Notes: generated by a model from the letters alone, not told the origin. Counted from the stretch's first letter, positions 47,589 to 57,802 are shown. The stretch is 64,000 nucleotides of DNA from a virus (IMGVR_UViG_3300046786_000304:160001-224000); one strand, 5' to 3'. Numbers and translations: made by a program.

Positions 47589-48321
47589 TTTCATTCTTAA
47601 AAAAGATCCTGGAGATGATCGGGATCTTTTTTATGATGAACCCACTGAAGATATAATTCCACGAAAAGCGGATCTACGAATATGGTGTAGTCCTGTAGAG
47701 TGTCAAATGAATCTTGGTAGCTGTGTTAGTCAAGCAATAGTGGGCGCTTTTGAATTAATGATTAATAAATTTTATCCAGAACGATTTCAGGACCTGAGCC
47801 GACTATTTGTTTATTATAATGCAAGATTATTAGAAAACAGTATAGATTTAGATTCGGGTGTATATCTTAAAGATGGAATCAAAGCCGTACATAAATTTGG
47901 CGTATGTAATGAAACTATTTGGCCATATTTAATTAATAAATTTGATATTATGCCATCGCATGATAGTTATCTCGATGCTACATCTAAAGTTATTGACAGG
48001 TATCATCGAGTAGAAACAATCAACGATATTAAAAAAATTGTTAGCGCAGGCTATCCGGTTGTAGCAGGAATAGAAGTATTTGGCGATTTTGACAACATAG
48101 GCTCCGCAAGTTCGGTATTACCTATGCCCATGAGCGCAGAAGAATCATTGGGCGGACATGCTATAGTCATTGTGGGCTACGATGATGACTTTCAATATTT
48201 TATATGTAGGAACAGCTATGGAGAAGAATGGGGAGACAACGGATACTTTTATATGCCATACGAGTATGCAGAGTTATACATATGGGACGCATGGATGTTT
48301 GATATAGAATTAGATATATAA
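47548..48321 (+). CDS. Papain-like cysteine peptidase (C1A)
   Basis: QMNLGSC, GGHAIVIVGY, RNSYG..WGDNGY. Confidence 0.9.
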   Translation: MASYSSFPLDLPSNFILKKDPGDDRDLFYDEPTEDIIPRKADLRIWCSPVECQMNLGSCVSQAIVGAFELMINKFYPERFQDLSRLFVYYNARLLENSIDLDSGVYLKDGIKAVHKFGVCNETIWPYLINKFDIMPSHDSYLDATSKVIDRYHRVETINDIKKIVSAGYPVVAGIEVFGDFDNIGSASSVLPMPMSAEESLGGHAIVIVGYDDDFQYFICRNSYGEEWGDNGYFYMPYEYAELYIWDAWMFDIELDI

Positions 48322-49707
48322 TTTTTTAAATTTATCAATGTATTTGTTGATAAAATTATCTTTTTTATCTTTTAAGATATAACCCAAGTCGTGTAATGTT
48401 GTATTTCCAATTTCTTCTAAACTCATACCAACATTATATAAATGATTAGATGACCAACCTGCCACTGTTGGTTTTGATGCTCGTACTATTCCATTTAGTT
48501 TATCTGATAATTGACTCGACGAATGTCTAGTAAAGCCAGTTTCGGTATTGTGCCATTGATCGTTTTCAGTAATTACATAATTGTATTTGGGATACTCTTT
48601 AGTAAACACGCTTTCTAAAGCACTATTTTTTGTATTGTGCTTTAAATCTAATGCGTAAAAAAACATATTACCTGCATTTAAATCAGTGATCCATTTAGCA
48701 GTTTCGTAAAATGACTCTTCTGGTTCTTTGGGCAAGCCTACAATAAAACTAGCTTCGATTTTAACTTGTTTATTCCACAAGTCATTATACAAATAAGGAA
48801 TCCATTCTTTGCCATGGGCTCCGTTCCATCCTTTGCCTATTATTTTGCTGGCTTCGGGATGAAAACTTTCCAGACCAAAGTAAGCATTACGTAGTCCAGA
48901 ATCAAATAGCACATTGTGATTCTTGTGGCTCCATATCAAGTCTACGCGAATATATCCGCCCCATGTAATTTGAACACCTAGACGTTTTGGTATACTAGCA
49001 AGAAACTCGACTTTTTCTGGATCTTCATTTATAGTGTCATCTAAGAACATATAATGTGTAGTTCCGAAATTTTCATAATTATACTTTATCTCGTCGAACA
49101 CATATTCGTAATTTCGTTGATAAGTGCCTTTAGGTTTTCCTAAGTTCGCGCTACTACAAAATTTACATTTAAAAATACAACCGCGGCCTAGTTCCATTGG
49201 CACCGCTTCATGTTCTAGTATAAGATCTTTTTTACTGTATCTATGTTGACAATTAACAATGTTAAATTTTTCATTTGGCAATACAAGATTAAATTTCTTT
49301 TGTTGACAATAATCTAATATATTATCTTCGCTGTCACCGGTCATCTTAACGTCAAAGAATGAACCAGTATCGTCAAAACGATATGTGTTATTACCTCCAC
49401 CTAATATAGTTAAATGAGGATATTTTTGCTTAATGTATTGAACAGTTGATTTGATTGGCTCGGGTATTACACAGGGATTCATAGGCCAAAATACAGTACT
49501 AACTGCAATGGTATGAGTAGTTTCATCCATACAAGTTTCTATTAGTTGAATTAATTGCTGTTGGCTCATTAATTGCGTGAACTCTATAACTTGAGATTCG
49601 ATGTTGTGTTTTCTTAACCACCAAGCTAATTGGTAACAAGAAATTGGTCGCATAGTAGAATAAATGGCATTGCTATATAGACCCGATAAAAAGATAACAT
49701 TGTTCAT
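48310..49707 (-). CDS. Radical SAM enzyme with B12-binding-like N-terminus (paralog of 35610-37142)
   Basis: ELGRGCIFKCKFC, FLDDT, FGLES; ATG 49707 preferred. Confidence 0.85.
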   Translation of the reverse strand: MNNVIFLSGLYSNAIYSTMRPISCYQLAWWLRKHNIESQVIEFTQLMSQQQLIQLIETCMDETTHTIAVSTVFWPMNPCVIPEPIKSTVQYIKQKYPHLTILGGGNNTYRFDDTGSFFDVKMTGDSEDNILDYCQQKKFNLVLPNEKFNIVNCQHRYSKKDLILEHEAVPMELGRGCIFKCKFCSSANLGKPKGTYQRNYEYVFDEIKYNYENFGTTHYMFLDDTINEDPEKVEFLASIPKRLGVQITWGGYIRVDLIWSHKNHNVLFDSGLRNAYFGLESFHPEASKIIGKGWNGAHGKEWIPYLYNDLWNKQVKIEASFIVGLPKEPEESFYETAKWITDLNAGNMFFYALDLKHNTKNSALESVFTKEYPKYNYVITENDQWHNTETGFTRHSSSQLSDKLNGIVRASKPTVAGWSSNHLYNVGMSLEEIGNTTLHDLGYILKDKKDNFINKYIDKFKKLYI

Positions 49708-49714
49708 ATAGTTT

Positions 49715-50611
49715 TTATTTAGCAGTCTGTTGATAGTAAGTTTTTTCGGGACCATTTTGTAATCTATCTACTAATTCATCGTATGGAATAATTACAAGGT
49801 TCTTTCTATAGTCGTTCCATCTTCCATTCATAACCCAATCGATATTTTCTGGTCCTTGGTATTTGGCAAAATATTCTAAACTGTTACCCCAATATTTTGC
49901 ATATATGAATGGTTTCATATATAAGTCCCAATGATCTATAAGTCTAATAGTTTCGTCGTTGGAATAACTTAACCCATTATTAACAATATAATTGTGAGTA
50001 CATATATAAGCCTTTACGATTTCGTCGGTCAAAATACTTAAAAATATTTCCGGTATCTTTTCCCATGCTATTATTTTTCCAGTTCTGTTTAACATCTGCA
50101 TGGCCCTGACTCTGGAATTTACAAATGAGTTAGCAGTTTGCATGACATAACATTTATTATCTTTAAAAGGAAAATCCGGACCATCTAATCCTAATATAAA
50201 ATCATGATCTCCGGGAAGATGTCTAAGAAACTCTCGATGTAATAATTGAAAGGGTGCTATGCCTGTTAGATTATATTCTTCTATTAGATCATCTTTGTAC
50301 TTGCTGGGGTCTAACTCTACAACAATTAAATCTAAATTGTATTTTTGTTTAAGCACTTTTACATTGTCATATTCAAAATCATTATAGCCGGGCATATAAA
50401 AAAATGAACAACTCAATGGTATACCCTGCGAATAAAAACTATGTAATACAACTTGGCAGTCAAGCCCTCCACTTAAACCTAATATTATTTTTTTGTTTTG
50501 CTTGTACAAATTTTCAGCGGCTATTTCAGATTCTACTCTAATATTATTAACTGGTCTACTGCAGGCAGACACAGTAACGCTAAATCTGTCATTGTCGAAA
50601 TTTATTTGCAT
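49715..50611 (-). CDS. PP-loop (asparagine-synthase-like) ATP pyrophosphatase
   Basis: ILGLSGGLDC PP-loop variant. Confidence 0.6.
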   Translation of the reverse strand: MQINFDNDRFSVTVSACSRPVNNIRVESEIAAENLYKQNKKIILGLSGGLDCQVVLHSFYSQGIPLSCSFFYMPGYNDFEYDNVKVLKQKYNLDLIVVELDPSKYKDDLIEEYNLTGIAPFQLLHREFLRHLPGDHDFILGLDGPDFPFKDNKCYVMQTANSFVNSRVRAMQMLNRTGKIIAWEKIPEIFLSILTDEIVKAYICTHNYIVNNGLSYSNDETIRLIDHWDLYMKPFIYAKYWGNSLEYFAKYQGPENIDWVMNGRWNDYRKNLVIIPYDELVDRLQNGPEKTYYQQTAK

Positions 50612-50656
50612 GTTGTTTCAATAAATATGTATTTAACACTACGACTGGGATATTAA

Positions 50657-50902
50657 ATGGGAAATCAAACTGATTACTTTGAACGTATAGGATACAAACC
50701 GATATATTGGATAGGTGACAGGGTGTTTGGTAAATGGAACAAAATTCCATTCATTGGCACAGTGGGCAACGACACAATGATCAATGAAATCGAAGGCCCT
50801 AGAATCTCTATTCACTTGGATCTTCCTATCAAGCTAAAAGATTCTATTCATACTGTGATTATTGTCAAGCACAAAGATGTCAAAAAATTAGTAGAATTTT
50901 AA
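50657..50902 (+). CDS. Small SH3-like hypothetical protein
   Basis: IGDRVFGKWNKIPFIGTV. Confidence 0.7.
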   Translation: MGNQTDYFERIGYKPIYWIGDRVFGKWNKIPFIGTVGNDTMINEIEGPRISIHLDLPIKLKDSIHTVIIVKHKDVKKLVEF

Positions 50903-50953
50903 TGCTACTAAGACAAATAATTGATAAATACTTTTATTAGCTAGGAGAAACAC

Positions 50954-51175
50954 ATGGCAATGATAGACAAAAACGGGAATCCGTTAGAGCCAGGATTAAT
51001 GGCAGTATGGATTCAGTCTTTACCTGAACCAAAGAAATCAGAATATGAAGCTTTAAGACAAGCTGGCGTGGCCGCAGGTCATAATACAGAAGGTTTTGCA
51101 AGAATATTCCGAGAATTTTGTGATACAAATGGCATCACTGACACTGACGCCCCTCCACCACCTGACGCTGAATAA
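50954..51175 (+). CDS. Small acidic hypothetical protein
   Basis: GATAAATA + AGGAG RBS. Confidence 0.7.
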   Translation: MAMIDKNGNPLEPGLMAVWIQSLPEPKKSEYEALRQAGVAAGHNTEGFARIFREFCDTNGITDTDAPPPPDAE

Positions 51176-51273
51176 TTTATTACGAACAACTTAGTCATTG
51201 ATTTGTGACTCGCAATACTATATAATAGTGTACAGACAATAGTTTGTACATTACACACATAGAGAGAAATATT

Positions 51274-51534
51274 ATGAGCACAAATGGCTACGAAATTCGT
51301 CTTGAACTACTCAAGATGGCAAAAGAAATGCTAGAGCAAGACTGGCATGCACAGCGTGAACTCACGCAAACTGCTTGGGAACAAGAAGTTAACTTGGCAC
51401 AAATCAAGGCACAATCAATGGACAGTTTGATTGATAAAATCCCAACTGCACCAACCTTCAAACCTTTCCCTACAGAGGAAGAGATTATTAAGAAGGCCAA
51501 AGTACTAAACGAGTTTATTGCCCAAAGAGCATAA
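51274..51534 (+). CDS. Conserved phage hypothetical protein
   Basis: GYEIRLELLKMAKEML...FPTEEEIIKKA; ATG 51274 with GAGAG RBS. Confidence 0.75.
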   Translation: MSTNGYEIRLELLKMAKEMLEQDWHAQRELTQTAWEQEVNLAQIKAQSMDSLIDKIPTAPTFKPFPTEEEIIKKAKVLNEFIAQRA

Positions 51535-51552
51535 ACGGTTAAATTAGTCAAT

Positions 51553-51590
51553 AAAACGGTAAGATGCACTATTGCTCTTACCGTTTTTTT
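51553..51590 (+). terminator. Intrinsic terminator
   Basis: AAAACGGTAAGA...TCTTACCGTTTT + T run. Confidence 0.8.
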
Positions 51591-51655
51591 ATTGTATAAT
51601 AGTCACACGTTGTTACAAATAACAGCGACGATTTAAAATTTAAAGGAAATTTAAA

Positions 51656-51916
51656 ATGCAAGTTACTACTAAATCAGGTAAACTACTAGAAGCTTTTCGC
51701 AAGGGTGAAGAGTTGACAGCTGGCCAAATTACACATCGTTTTGGCATTAAAAACCCACGTGCTACTGTTAGCGATCTTCGCTTCCAGGGTTATGCTATCT
51801 ACGCAAATCCTCGCACAAACACTCGTGGCGAAACTTATACTAAGTATCGCTTGGGTACTCCAACTCGTGCTGTTGTTGCCGCAGGTTACAAAGCATTGGC
51901 AATGGGCGCAGTCTAA
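51656..51916 (+). CDS. Winged-helix DNA-binding protein
   Basis: LTAGQITHRFGIKNPRATVSDLR...YRLGTPTR. Confidence 0.75.
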   Translation: MQVTTKSGKLLEAFRKGEELTAGQITHRFGIKNPRATVSDLRFQGYAIYANPRTNTRGETYTKYRLGTPTRAVVAAGYKALAMGAV

Positions 51917-51975
51917 TAGACTTTCCCAAGTAAATAAAAGGACACAGTGATGTGTCCTTTTTTTGTGAGTGTAGC

Positions 51976-52500
51976 ATGGACTTAAAACAAGTAATTAGAA
52001 CTGTAGATGATTTTCCTAAGCCGGGCGTTAAATTTTTAGATGTAACAAGTATATTAGAAGATCCTGCGGCATTTAGGAAAACAATTAATTGGCTAGTTAA
52101 ACAAAGTGCTATACATAATATAGATTGTATTGTTGCAGTAGATGCTCGTGGATTCATCTGGGGTTCAGCATTGGCATCGGAAATACAAGTGCCATTATTC
52201 CTGGCTCGTAAACCAGGTAAACTTCCTGGCAATGTTGTTACCAAAGAATACGATACAGAATACAGCACAGCCAGTTTGAGTATGTTAAAGGACAGTAGCA
52301 TATTTGGAAACGTAATGGTAGTGGATGATATATTGGCCACCGGCGGCACATTAAATGCTGTGGGAGAATTGTTAACTGAACATTGGAATATCAAACCCAG
52401 CAAACAACTTCATGCTACATTAGCTTGTTTAGATTTCTTACCAGGTAAGAAAATGTTAGAAAGTAAAAAATATAAACTAGCATACATGGAATTATATTAA
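51976..52500 (+). CDS. apt: Adenine phosphoribosyltransferase
   Basis: DFPKPGVKFLD, DARGF, RKPGKLP, VVDDILATGGT. Confidence 0.88.
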   Translation: MDLKQVIRTVDDFPKPGVKFLDVTSILEDPAAFRKTINWLVKQSAIHNIDCIVAVDARGFIWGSALASEIQVPLFLARKPGKLPGNVVTKEYDTEYSTASLSMLKDSSIFGNVMVVDDILATGGTLNAVGELLTEHWNIKPSKQLHATLACLDFLPGKKMLESKKYKLAYMELY

Positions 52501-53036
52501 TGGATATATCTAAATTTTTTAGTAGAGTAGATGATTTTCCTTTTAAAGGTAAAACGGCAATTGATATATCAGGGTTGATGTCGACGCCAGAAGTTTTTGA
52601 TTATTCAGTTTCATGGTTAGTGGACTTGGTAAAGAAATACAATATAGATTGTATTGTTGCTATTGAAACTAGAGGATTTATTTGGGGAGCCCCAACCGCA
52701 TTCGCTGCCAAATTGCCTTTACATCTTGCACGAAAGCCTATGAGGATTCCAAGGCCGGCCTTTGAAAAAAAGTTTTTGACTCGCGGAAGACCTTATTCAT
52801 TGAGCATACAAGAAGATGCGAATATTTTTGGAAATGTAATGGTAATAGATGATATAATTGTATCCAGTGCCACACACATTGCTGTTGGAGAATTACTGAC
52901 AGAACATTTTGGGATATTACCAGTTAACCAATTACACGCTTCTGTTATTCAGATTCAGGATAATTTTCAAGGCACACAGATTCTTAGAGATAAAGGATAC
53001 CTTGCAGAATGTTTAATAACAGATAGTTTTATTTAA
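52500..53036 (+). CDS. Divergent APRT paralog with degenerate PRPP loop
   Basis: DFPFKG, ETRGFIWG, RKP; VIDDIIVSSAT replaces DDxLATGGT. Confidence 0.75.
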   Translation: MDISKFFSRVDDFPFKGKTAIDISGLMSTPEVFDYSVSWLVDLVKKYNIDCIVAIETRGFIWGAPTAFAAKLPLHLARKPMRIPRPAFEKKFLTRGRPYSLSIQEDANIFGNVMVIDDIIVSSATHIAVGELLTEHFGILPVNQLHASVIQIQDNFQGTQILRDKGYLAECLITDSFI

Positions 53037-53898
53037 TTCCAACACGTAATCGAGTTCTATCTTTATTAGATCGGCAGTAATTCATATTACATGGAAATGG
53101 ATCACTGGGCACGATCCAATTAGCGTCAAATACATTACCAATATCGCGACCGCCACATTCGCTACCTGATGCATAGCCTTTATGACTGATGTATATATGA
53201 TCAATTCCTGCATAACATCCTAAGCCAGTATAGCTAGGAGTGTTATCCACTGGAGGTATTCTGGGATCCTCGTAGACTGGCGGAGGTTGTGGTACAGGCG
53301 GTGGAGGTACCCAATCATCTGGTCTACCAAATATTCTGTTAATGTCTACATTAGAATATCCACTCCATATTTCACCTTGTCTAGCATCATTGAACAATAT
53401 TTGTTCTATTGCACTTATTCCTGTAGAATTTAATTCTTTGATAAGTTCTTTCTGTTCAAGTATTTTGCCAGGGCTAAGAGGCACTATTACCTGTAACTTT
53501 TTATCATTCTCTTTACAAAAATCAGCAATGAAATGTACCACGCTAACATTTTGCCAATAATGATGAGTTAACTTATATTGATCAACATAGTCTCTAGTTT
53601 CTAACAAATCAAACCAAGTTTCGCCACCGCTAGTGTCTAGTCTAACAATGCTGGGCATTGATTTAATTTTTCTTAATAGTATGTTTAGGTTGGTAAAATG
53701 AAGAGGTTCGCCGCCGCCAATTTTCCATCTAATACTTTTGGCATGTTTATATCTGCTTGTTTGTAATTTTTCAATAACCGCCAAGTATTCGTCTGTGGTT
53801 CGTTTATTTGAACCTCCTCGATATCTACTAGGACAGTATTCACAGCCTGTGTTGCATTTATCGGTTAAGTGCCAATGTATTTCTGCTTGTTCGATCAT
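53029..53898 (-). CDS. Radical SAM enzyme
   Basis: CNTGCEYC, GGGEP, C-terminal CYAG...C Cys cluster; GATAAATA just upstream of ATG 53898. Confidence 0.85.
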   Translation of the reverse strand: MIEQAEIHWHLTDKCNTGCEYCPSRYRGGSNKRTTDEYLAVIEKLQTSRYKHAKSIRWKIGGGEPLHFTNLNILLRKIKSMPSIVRLDTSGGETWFDLLETRDYVDQYKLTHHYWQNVSVVHFIADFCKENDKKLQVIVPLSPGKILEQKELIKELNSTGISAIEQILFNDARQGEIWSGYSNVDINRIFGRPDDWVPPPPVPQPPPVYEDPRIPPVDNTPSYTGLGCYAGIDHIYISHKGYASGSECGGRDIGNVFDANWIVPSDPFPCNMNYCRSNKDRTRLRVGIK

Positions 53899-54000
53899 GT
53901 AAATATTTATCGAAACACTTGACAAACTGACAATTAAAGTATATTATAACTCATTATAAAGCAGTATAAAAGATTCGCAGTTGCTCTATAAATAAAGTAC

Positions 54001-55416
54001 ATGGCATTTTTATTATTTTTTACAGCCTTTGTCCTAAGCGGCATTGCGGCATATTACAGCGTTATTGGCTTAATAGCAATTTTCTCAGCTTCGGTAATAC
54101 CTGTTGCTATTATGGGCGGCAGTTTAGAAGCGGCTAAATTAGTCGTTGCTAGTTGGCTATACAGATATTGGAAAAGTATTCCTTTCTTAATGAAAGCATA
54201 CTTTACATCAGCATTAGTTATTCTAATGTTAATTACTAGCATGGGTATCTTTGGTTTTTTGAGTAAAGCACACAGCGACCAAAGTTTAGTCAGCGGCGAC
54301 GTAGCGGCTAAGATATCAGTCTACGATGAAAAAATTAAAACAGCAAAAGAGAACATAGATGCAAACCGTAAGGCTCTTAAACAAATGGACGAGGCAGTGG
54401 ACCAAGTCATGGGTCGAAGTACAGATGAAAAAGGTGCCGATAAAGCCGTGGCTCTCCGTAGGAGTCAACAAAAGGAACGTGGGCGTCTCATTGCTGAAAT
54501 CGAAACCTACCAGAAAACAGTTAGCGTACTTAATGAAGAGCGAGCGCCGATTGCCGCTGAAGTCAGAAAAGTCGAAGCTGAAGTAGGTCCACTAAAATAT
54601 ATTGCCGCTATGATATATGGCGACAATCCCGACGAGAATATGTTAGAGCGTAGTGTTCGTTGGTTAATCATATTATTAATTTGTGTATTTGATCCATTAG
54701 CAGTTCTAATGCTTATTGCCGCTAACTTAACACAGATTAAATCCAGTGAATGGAAAAAACAAGCCGAGGAGGTTAAACCGGATGTTGAACAAACTAAAAC
54801 TATACCTGACGAAACTGAGTTGCCGATGGTTACTGAAACAGCAGAATCACAAGAAGCACAGCCAATTGATGCACCATTATTTGAGCCCAGTTTTCAACCA
54901 GACGCCCCAATGGAAACAGTGGGAGAGCCAGTAAGTGTTGATCCTCATCCAATTGGATGGATGTACACAACAGTGACTACAACTACACCAGAAGTAAAAG
55001 TTAAAAAGAAAAGAACTCCTGCTAAAAAAGTTGTAGCCAAAAAAATTACACCTAAAAAAGTAGTTGCTAAAAAAGTTCCACCTAAAAAAATAGTAGCAAA
55101 GAAAACACCTTCTAAAAAAAAGGTAGCGGCCCCGGAACCAGAAGTAATAAGCCCAAACGCACCTAACTTAGATGCTAGCATAGAACGTCCAGGTGATTAC
55201 TTAACAGAGTCTGTAGATCAGGTCGTTGAAGATAAATCTATAGTGCAAGGCTTTATTCCACAACCCATTACAGTAGAAACTCAAATACAAACGATGATCG
55301 ATAATAATGATACAACTGGTTTAGAGGAAGCATATAAACGCATAGTTAAGGAACTAGGTAAGAAAAATAGATCCAAGTCAACACACTGGGGTCCAATTAA
55401 AAACAACAAGAAGTAA
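54001..55416 (+). CDS. Membrane protein with coiled coil and Lys-rich histone-H1-like repeats
   Basis: 3-4 N-terminal TM helices, coiled coil, further TM, KKVVAKK-type repeats; TATAAATA at 53987. Confidence 0.8.
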   Translation: MAFLLFFTAFVLSGIAAYYSVIGLIAIFSASVIPVAIMGGSLEAAKLVVASWLYRYWKSIPFLMKAYFTSALVILMLITSMGIFGFLSKAHSDQSLVSGDVAAKISVYDEKIKTAKENIDANRKALKQMDEAVDQVMGRSTDEKGADKAVALRRSQQKERGRLIAEIETYQKTVSVLNEERAPIAAEVRKVEAEVGPLKYIAAMIYGDNPDENMLERSVRWLIILLICVFDPLAVLMLIAANLTQIKSSEWKKQAEEVKPDVEQTKTIPDETELPMVTETAESQEAQPIDAPLFEPSFQPDAPMETVGEPVSVDPHPIGWMYTTVTTTTPEVKVKKKRTPAKKVVAKKITPKKVVAKKVPPKKIVAKKTPSKKKVAAPEPEVISPNAPNLDASIERPGDYLTESVDQVVEDKSIVQGFIPQPITVETQIQTMIDNNDTTGLEEAYKRIVKELGKKNRSKSTHWGPIKNNKK

Positions 55417-55417
55417 C

Positions 55418-55837
55418 ATGGAAGATACACAAAATTATTATATAACACCACCTACGATATTTTTACCCGAGACGGGATTAAGAATAACAGTATTTGGTAC
55501 AGATGAAGATTGGGCAGAACAATTATCAGATGAACTTGAAGATACATTCCCTTCCATTCCAATGACATTTTACTTGCTTGATGAAGCTACATCTACTAAC
55601 TGGCAATGGTTATATATGATGTCTGAAACCAGTGATTTGGTAATGGTTAATGTTGGTAAAGCCAGTCAAGTTGAACTAATTTTATCATGTATGGATATGG
55701 GAAATAAATTTTGGTTCTATGTGGACAACGAAGTAGTTGACAAAGACCTTAAAATATTGTTTAATACTATTAATGCAAATGTATTCAACAACAGCGAACA
55801 ACTACACGCAATGCTTAGAAATTTCGTCGGCGAATGA
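55418..55837 (+). CDS. Hypothetical protein
   Basis: Acidic ORF coupled to clpX. Confidence 0.7.
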   Translation: MEDTQNYYITPPTIFLPETGLRITVFGTDEDWAEQLSDELEDTFPSIPMTFYLLDEATSTNWQWLYMMSETSDLVMVNVGKASQVELILSCMDMGNKFWFYVDNEVVDKDLKILFNTINANVFNNSEQLHAMLRNFVGE

Positions 55838-57072
55838 ACGATAAAACCAAACCATTAATGAAATGCTCTTTCTGTGAAAAGAGCCAAAACGAAGTCAAAA
55901 AACTTGTAGCAGGTAACAGTGGTTATATCTGCGATGAGTGTATTGTACTATGTAACGAAGTTATCAAAGACGACGTACAAAAAACAGCTACCAAAGATAA
56001 ACTACCCACACCACGTGAAATATTCCAACATCTAGATCAATATGTTATTGGTCAAGATTATCCCAAGTTGGCACTTAGTGTAGCAGTTTACAATCATTAT
56101 AAACGATTGTATAATAAAAGCGATGTAGAAATTGAAAAGAGCAATGTATTGTTTATTGGTCCTACGGGATCAGGCAAAACATTACTGGCAAAGACTATTG
56201 CTAAATTCCTCGACGTTCCATTTGCTATCACAGATGCTACAAGTTTAACTGAAGCAGGTTATGTAGGTGAAGACGTTGAAAACGTTATTCATAAACTATA
56301 TCAAGCCGCTGACCAAAACATCGAACGATGCGAACAAGGTATTATCTATATCGACGAGATTGATAAAAAAGGACGTAAGAGTGAAGGCACAAGCATTACT
56401 CGCGACGTATCAGGAGAAGGCGTTCAGCAAGCATTATTAAAGATCATTGAAGGCACTGAATGCCGTGTTCCGCAACAAGGTGGACGTAAACATCCTGGCA
56501 ATGAAATGCTAACTATCAACACTAAGAACATTTTGTTTATCCTAGGTGGAGCATTTGTTGGATTAGAAGATATTATTAATAAAAGACTTAACAACAAGTC
56601 TACTATGGGTTTTGCTGGTAATCCAGATAAAGTTAAAACAGACCTTACTAAGGTTATACACGAAGATGTTATCAAATGGGGCATTATACCTGAACTAGCA
56701 GGACGCATGCCTAAGATAGCAGTACTTGAAGAATTAAATGACGAACAAATGGTAAGGGCAATGACTGAACCAAAAAACAGTATTATTAGCCAGTATCAAA
56801 GTTTGTTCAAAATGGACGGAATAGATTTAGAAATAGAATCATCTGCTTGCATTGCAATAGCAAATAAATGTATTACAATGAAACTCGGAGCACGAGGTTT
56901 ACGAGCAGAACTTGAAAACGTGCTACTTAAAACACAGTTCGTACTACCCGACTTGGCCGCAGAGAATGTAGTCAAGGTCACAATTACAGAGGATACAGTG
57001 ACTCAAGGTAAAGAACCACTACTAGTATATGGCAACAAACGAAAAAAGACAAGAGAACAGAATTCTCAGTAA
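55834..57072 (+). CDS. clpX: ATP-dependent Clp protease ATP-binding subunit ClpX
   Basis: CSFC...ICDEC Zn finger, GPTGSGKT, GYVGEDVE, DEIDK, RDVSGEGVQ, RKH loop, MGF loop. Confidence 0.95.
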   Translation: MNDKTKPLMKCSFCEKSQNEVKKLVAGNSGYICDECIVLCNEVIKDDVQKTATKDKLPTPREIFQHLDQYVIGQDYPKLALSVAVYNHYKRLYNKSDVEIEKSNVLFIGPTGSGKTLLAKTIAKFLDVPFAITDATSLTEAGYVGEDVENVIHKLYQAADQNIERCEQGIIYIDEIDKKGRKSEGTSITRDVSGEGVQQALLKIIEGTECRVPQQGGRKHPGNEMLTINTKNILFILGGAFVGLEDIINKRLNNKSTMGFAGNPDKVKTDLTKVIHEDVIKWGIIPELAGRMPKIAVLEELNDEQMVRAMTEPKNSIISQYQSLFKMDGIDLEIESSACIAIANKCITMKLGARGLRAELENVLLKTQFVLPDLAAENVVKVTITEDTVTQGKEPLLVYGNKRKKTREQNSQ

Positions 57073-57568
57073 TAGAGAAATCAGAGCCCGCGAGGTTCGA
57101 TTAATTGATTCAGATGGTTCTAATCTAGGAATATTCCAATATTTCAAAGCATTAAATTTAGCACAGGATCAAGGACTTGACCTTATACTAATTAACCCAA
57201 CATCAAATCCTCCAATTTGTAAAGTTGGAGATGTAGGTAAGTACAAATACGACATGCAAAAGCGAGCTAAAGAGCAAAGCAAAAAGAGCAGAGAAACTCG
57301 CGTTGAGATCAAAGAAGTACAACTAAGACCTGGAATTGATAAGCACGATTTAGACACTAAGATCAAGCATATTAAAGAATGGTTAGTTGAAGGTGACAGA
57401 GTTAAAATTGTTGTCAAGTTTAGAGGCCGTGAAATGGCCAATACTGCTCAAGGTGGCGTATTAATTGATAACATTTTAAGTGAAGTACCAGATGCTAAGG
57501 TTGAAGGCAATCGTGAAATGCAGGGCAATAGACTAACTGCAACATTATTTCAAGGTAAGCAAAAATGA
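57029..57568 (+). CDS. infC: Translation initiation factor IF-3
   Basis: NREIRAREVRLID, PPICK, KEVQLRP.IDKHD, FRGRE. Confidence 0.93.
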   Translation: MATNEKRQENRILSNREIRAREVRLIDSDGSNLGIFQYFKALNLAQDQGLDLILINPTSNPPICKVGDVGKYKYDMQKRAKEQSKKSRETRVEIKEVQLRPGIDKHDLDTKIKHIKEWLVEGDRVKIVVKFRGREMANTAQGGVLIDNILSEVPDAKVEGNREMQGNRLTATLFQGKQK

Positions 57569-57801
57569 GTAAAAAAGCAGGCCCGTTGATGGGCAGTAAA
57601 GTTATAGTACAGAATGATAACTGGGACAAAGCACTACGACTATTCAAGAAAAAGATTCTAGAAAGTGGTAAACTAATTGAACTCAAAGAAAAAGAGTTCT
57701 ACGAAAAGCCCAGCGTAACTAAACGTAAGACTAAGAATCAACAAGCTCGCAGAGCACAGAAAAAACGCGAAGCAGATTCACTACCAAAAAAACTATATTG
57801 A
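57565..57801 (+). CDS. rpsU: 30S ribosomal protein bS21
   Basis: ALRLFKKK...EFYEKPS. Confidence 0.88.
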   Translation: MSKKAGPLMGSKVIVQNDNWDKALRLFKKKILESGKLIELKEKEFYEKPSVTKRKTKNQQARRAQKKREADSLPKKLY

Positions 57802-57802
57802 T

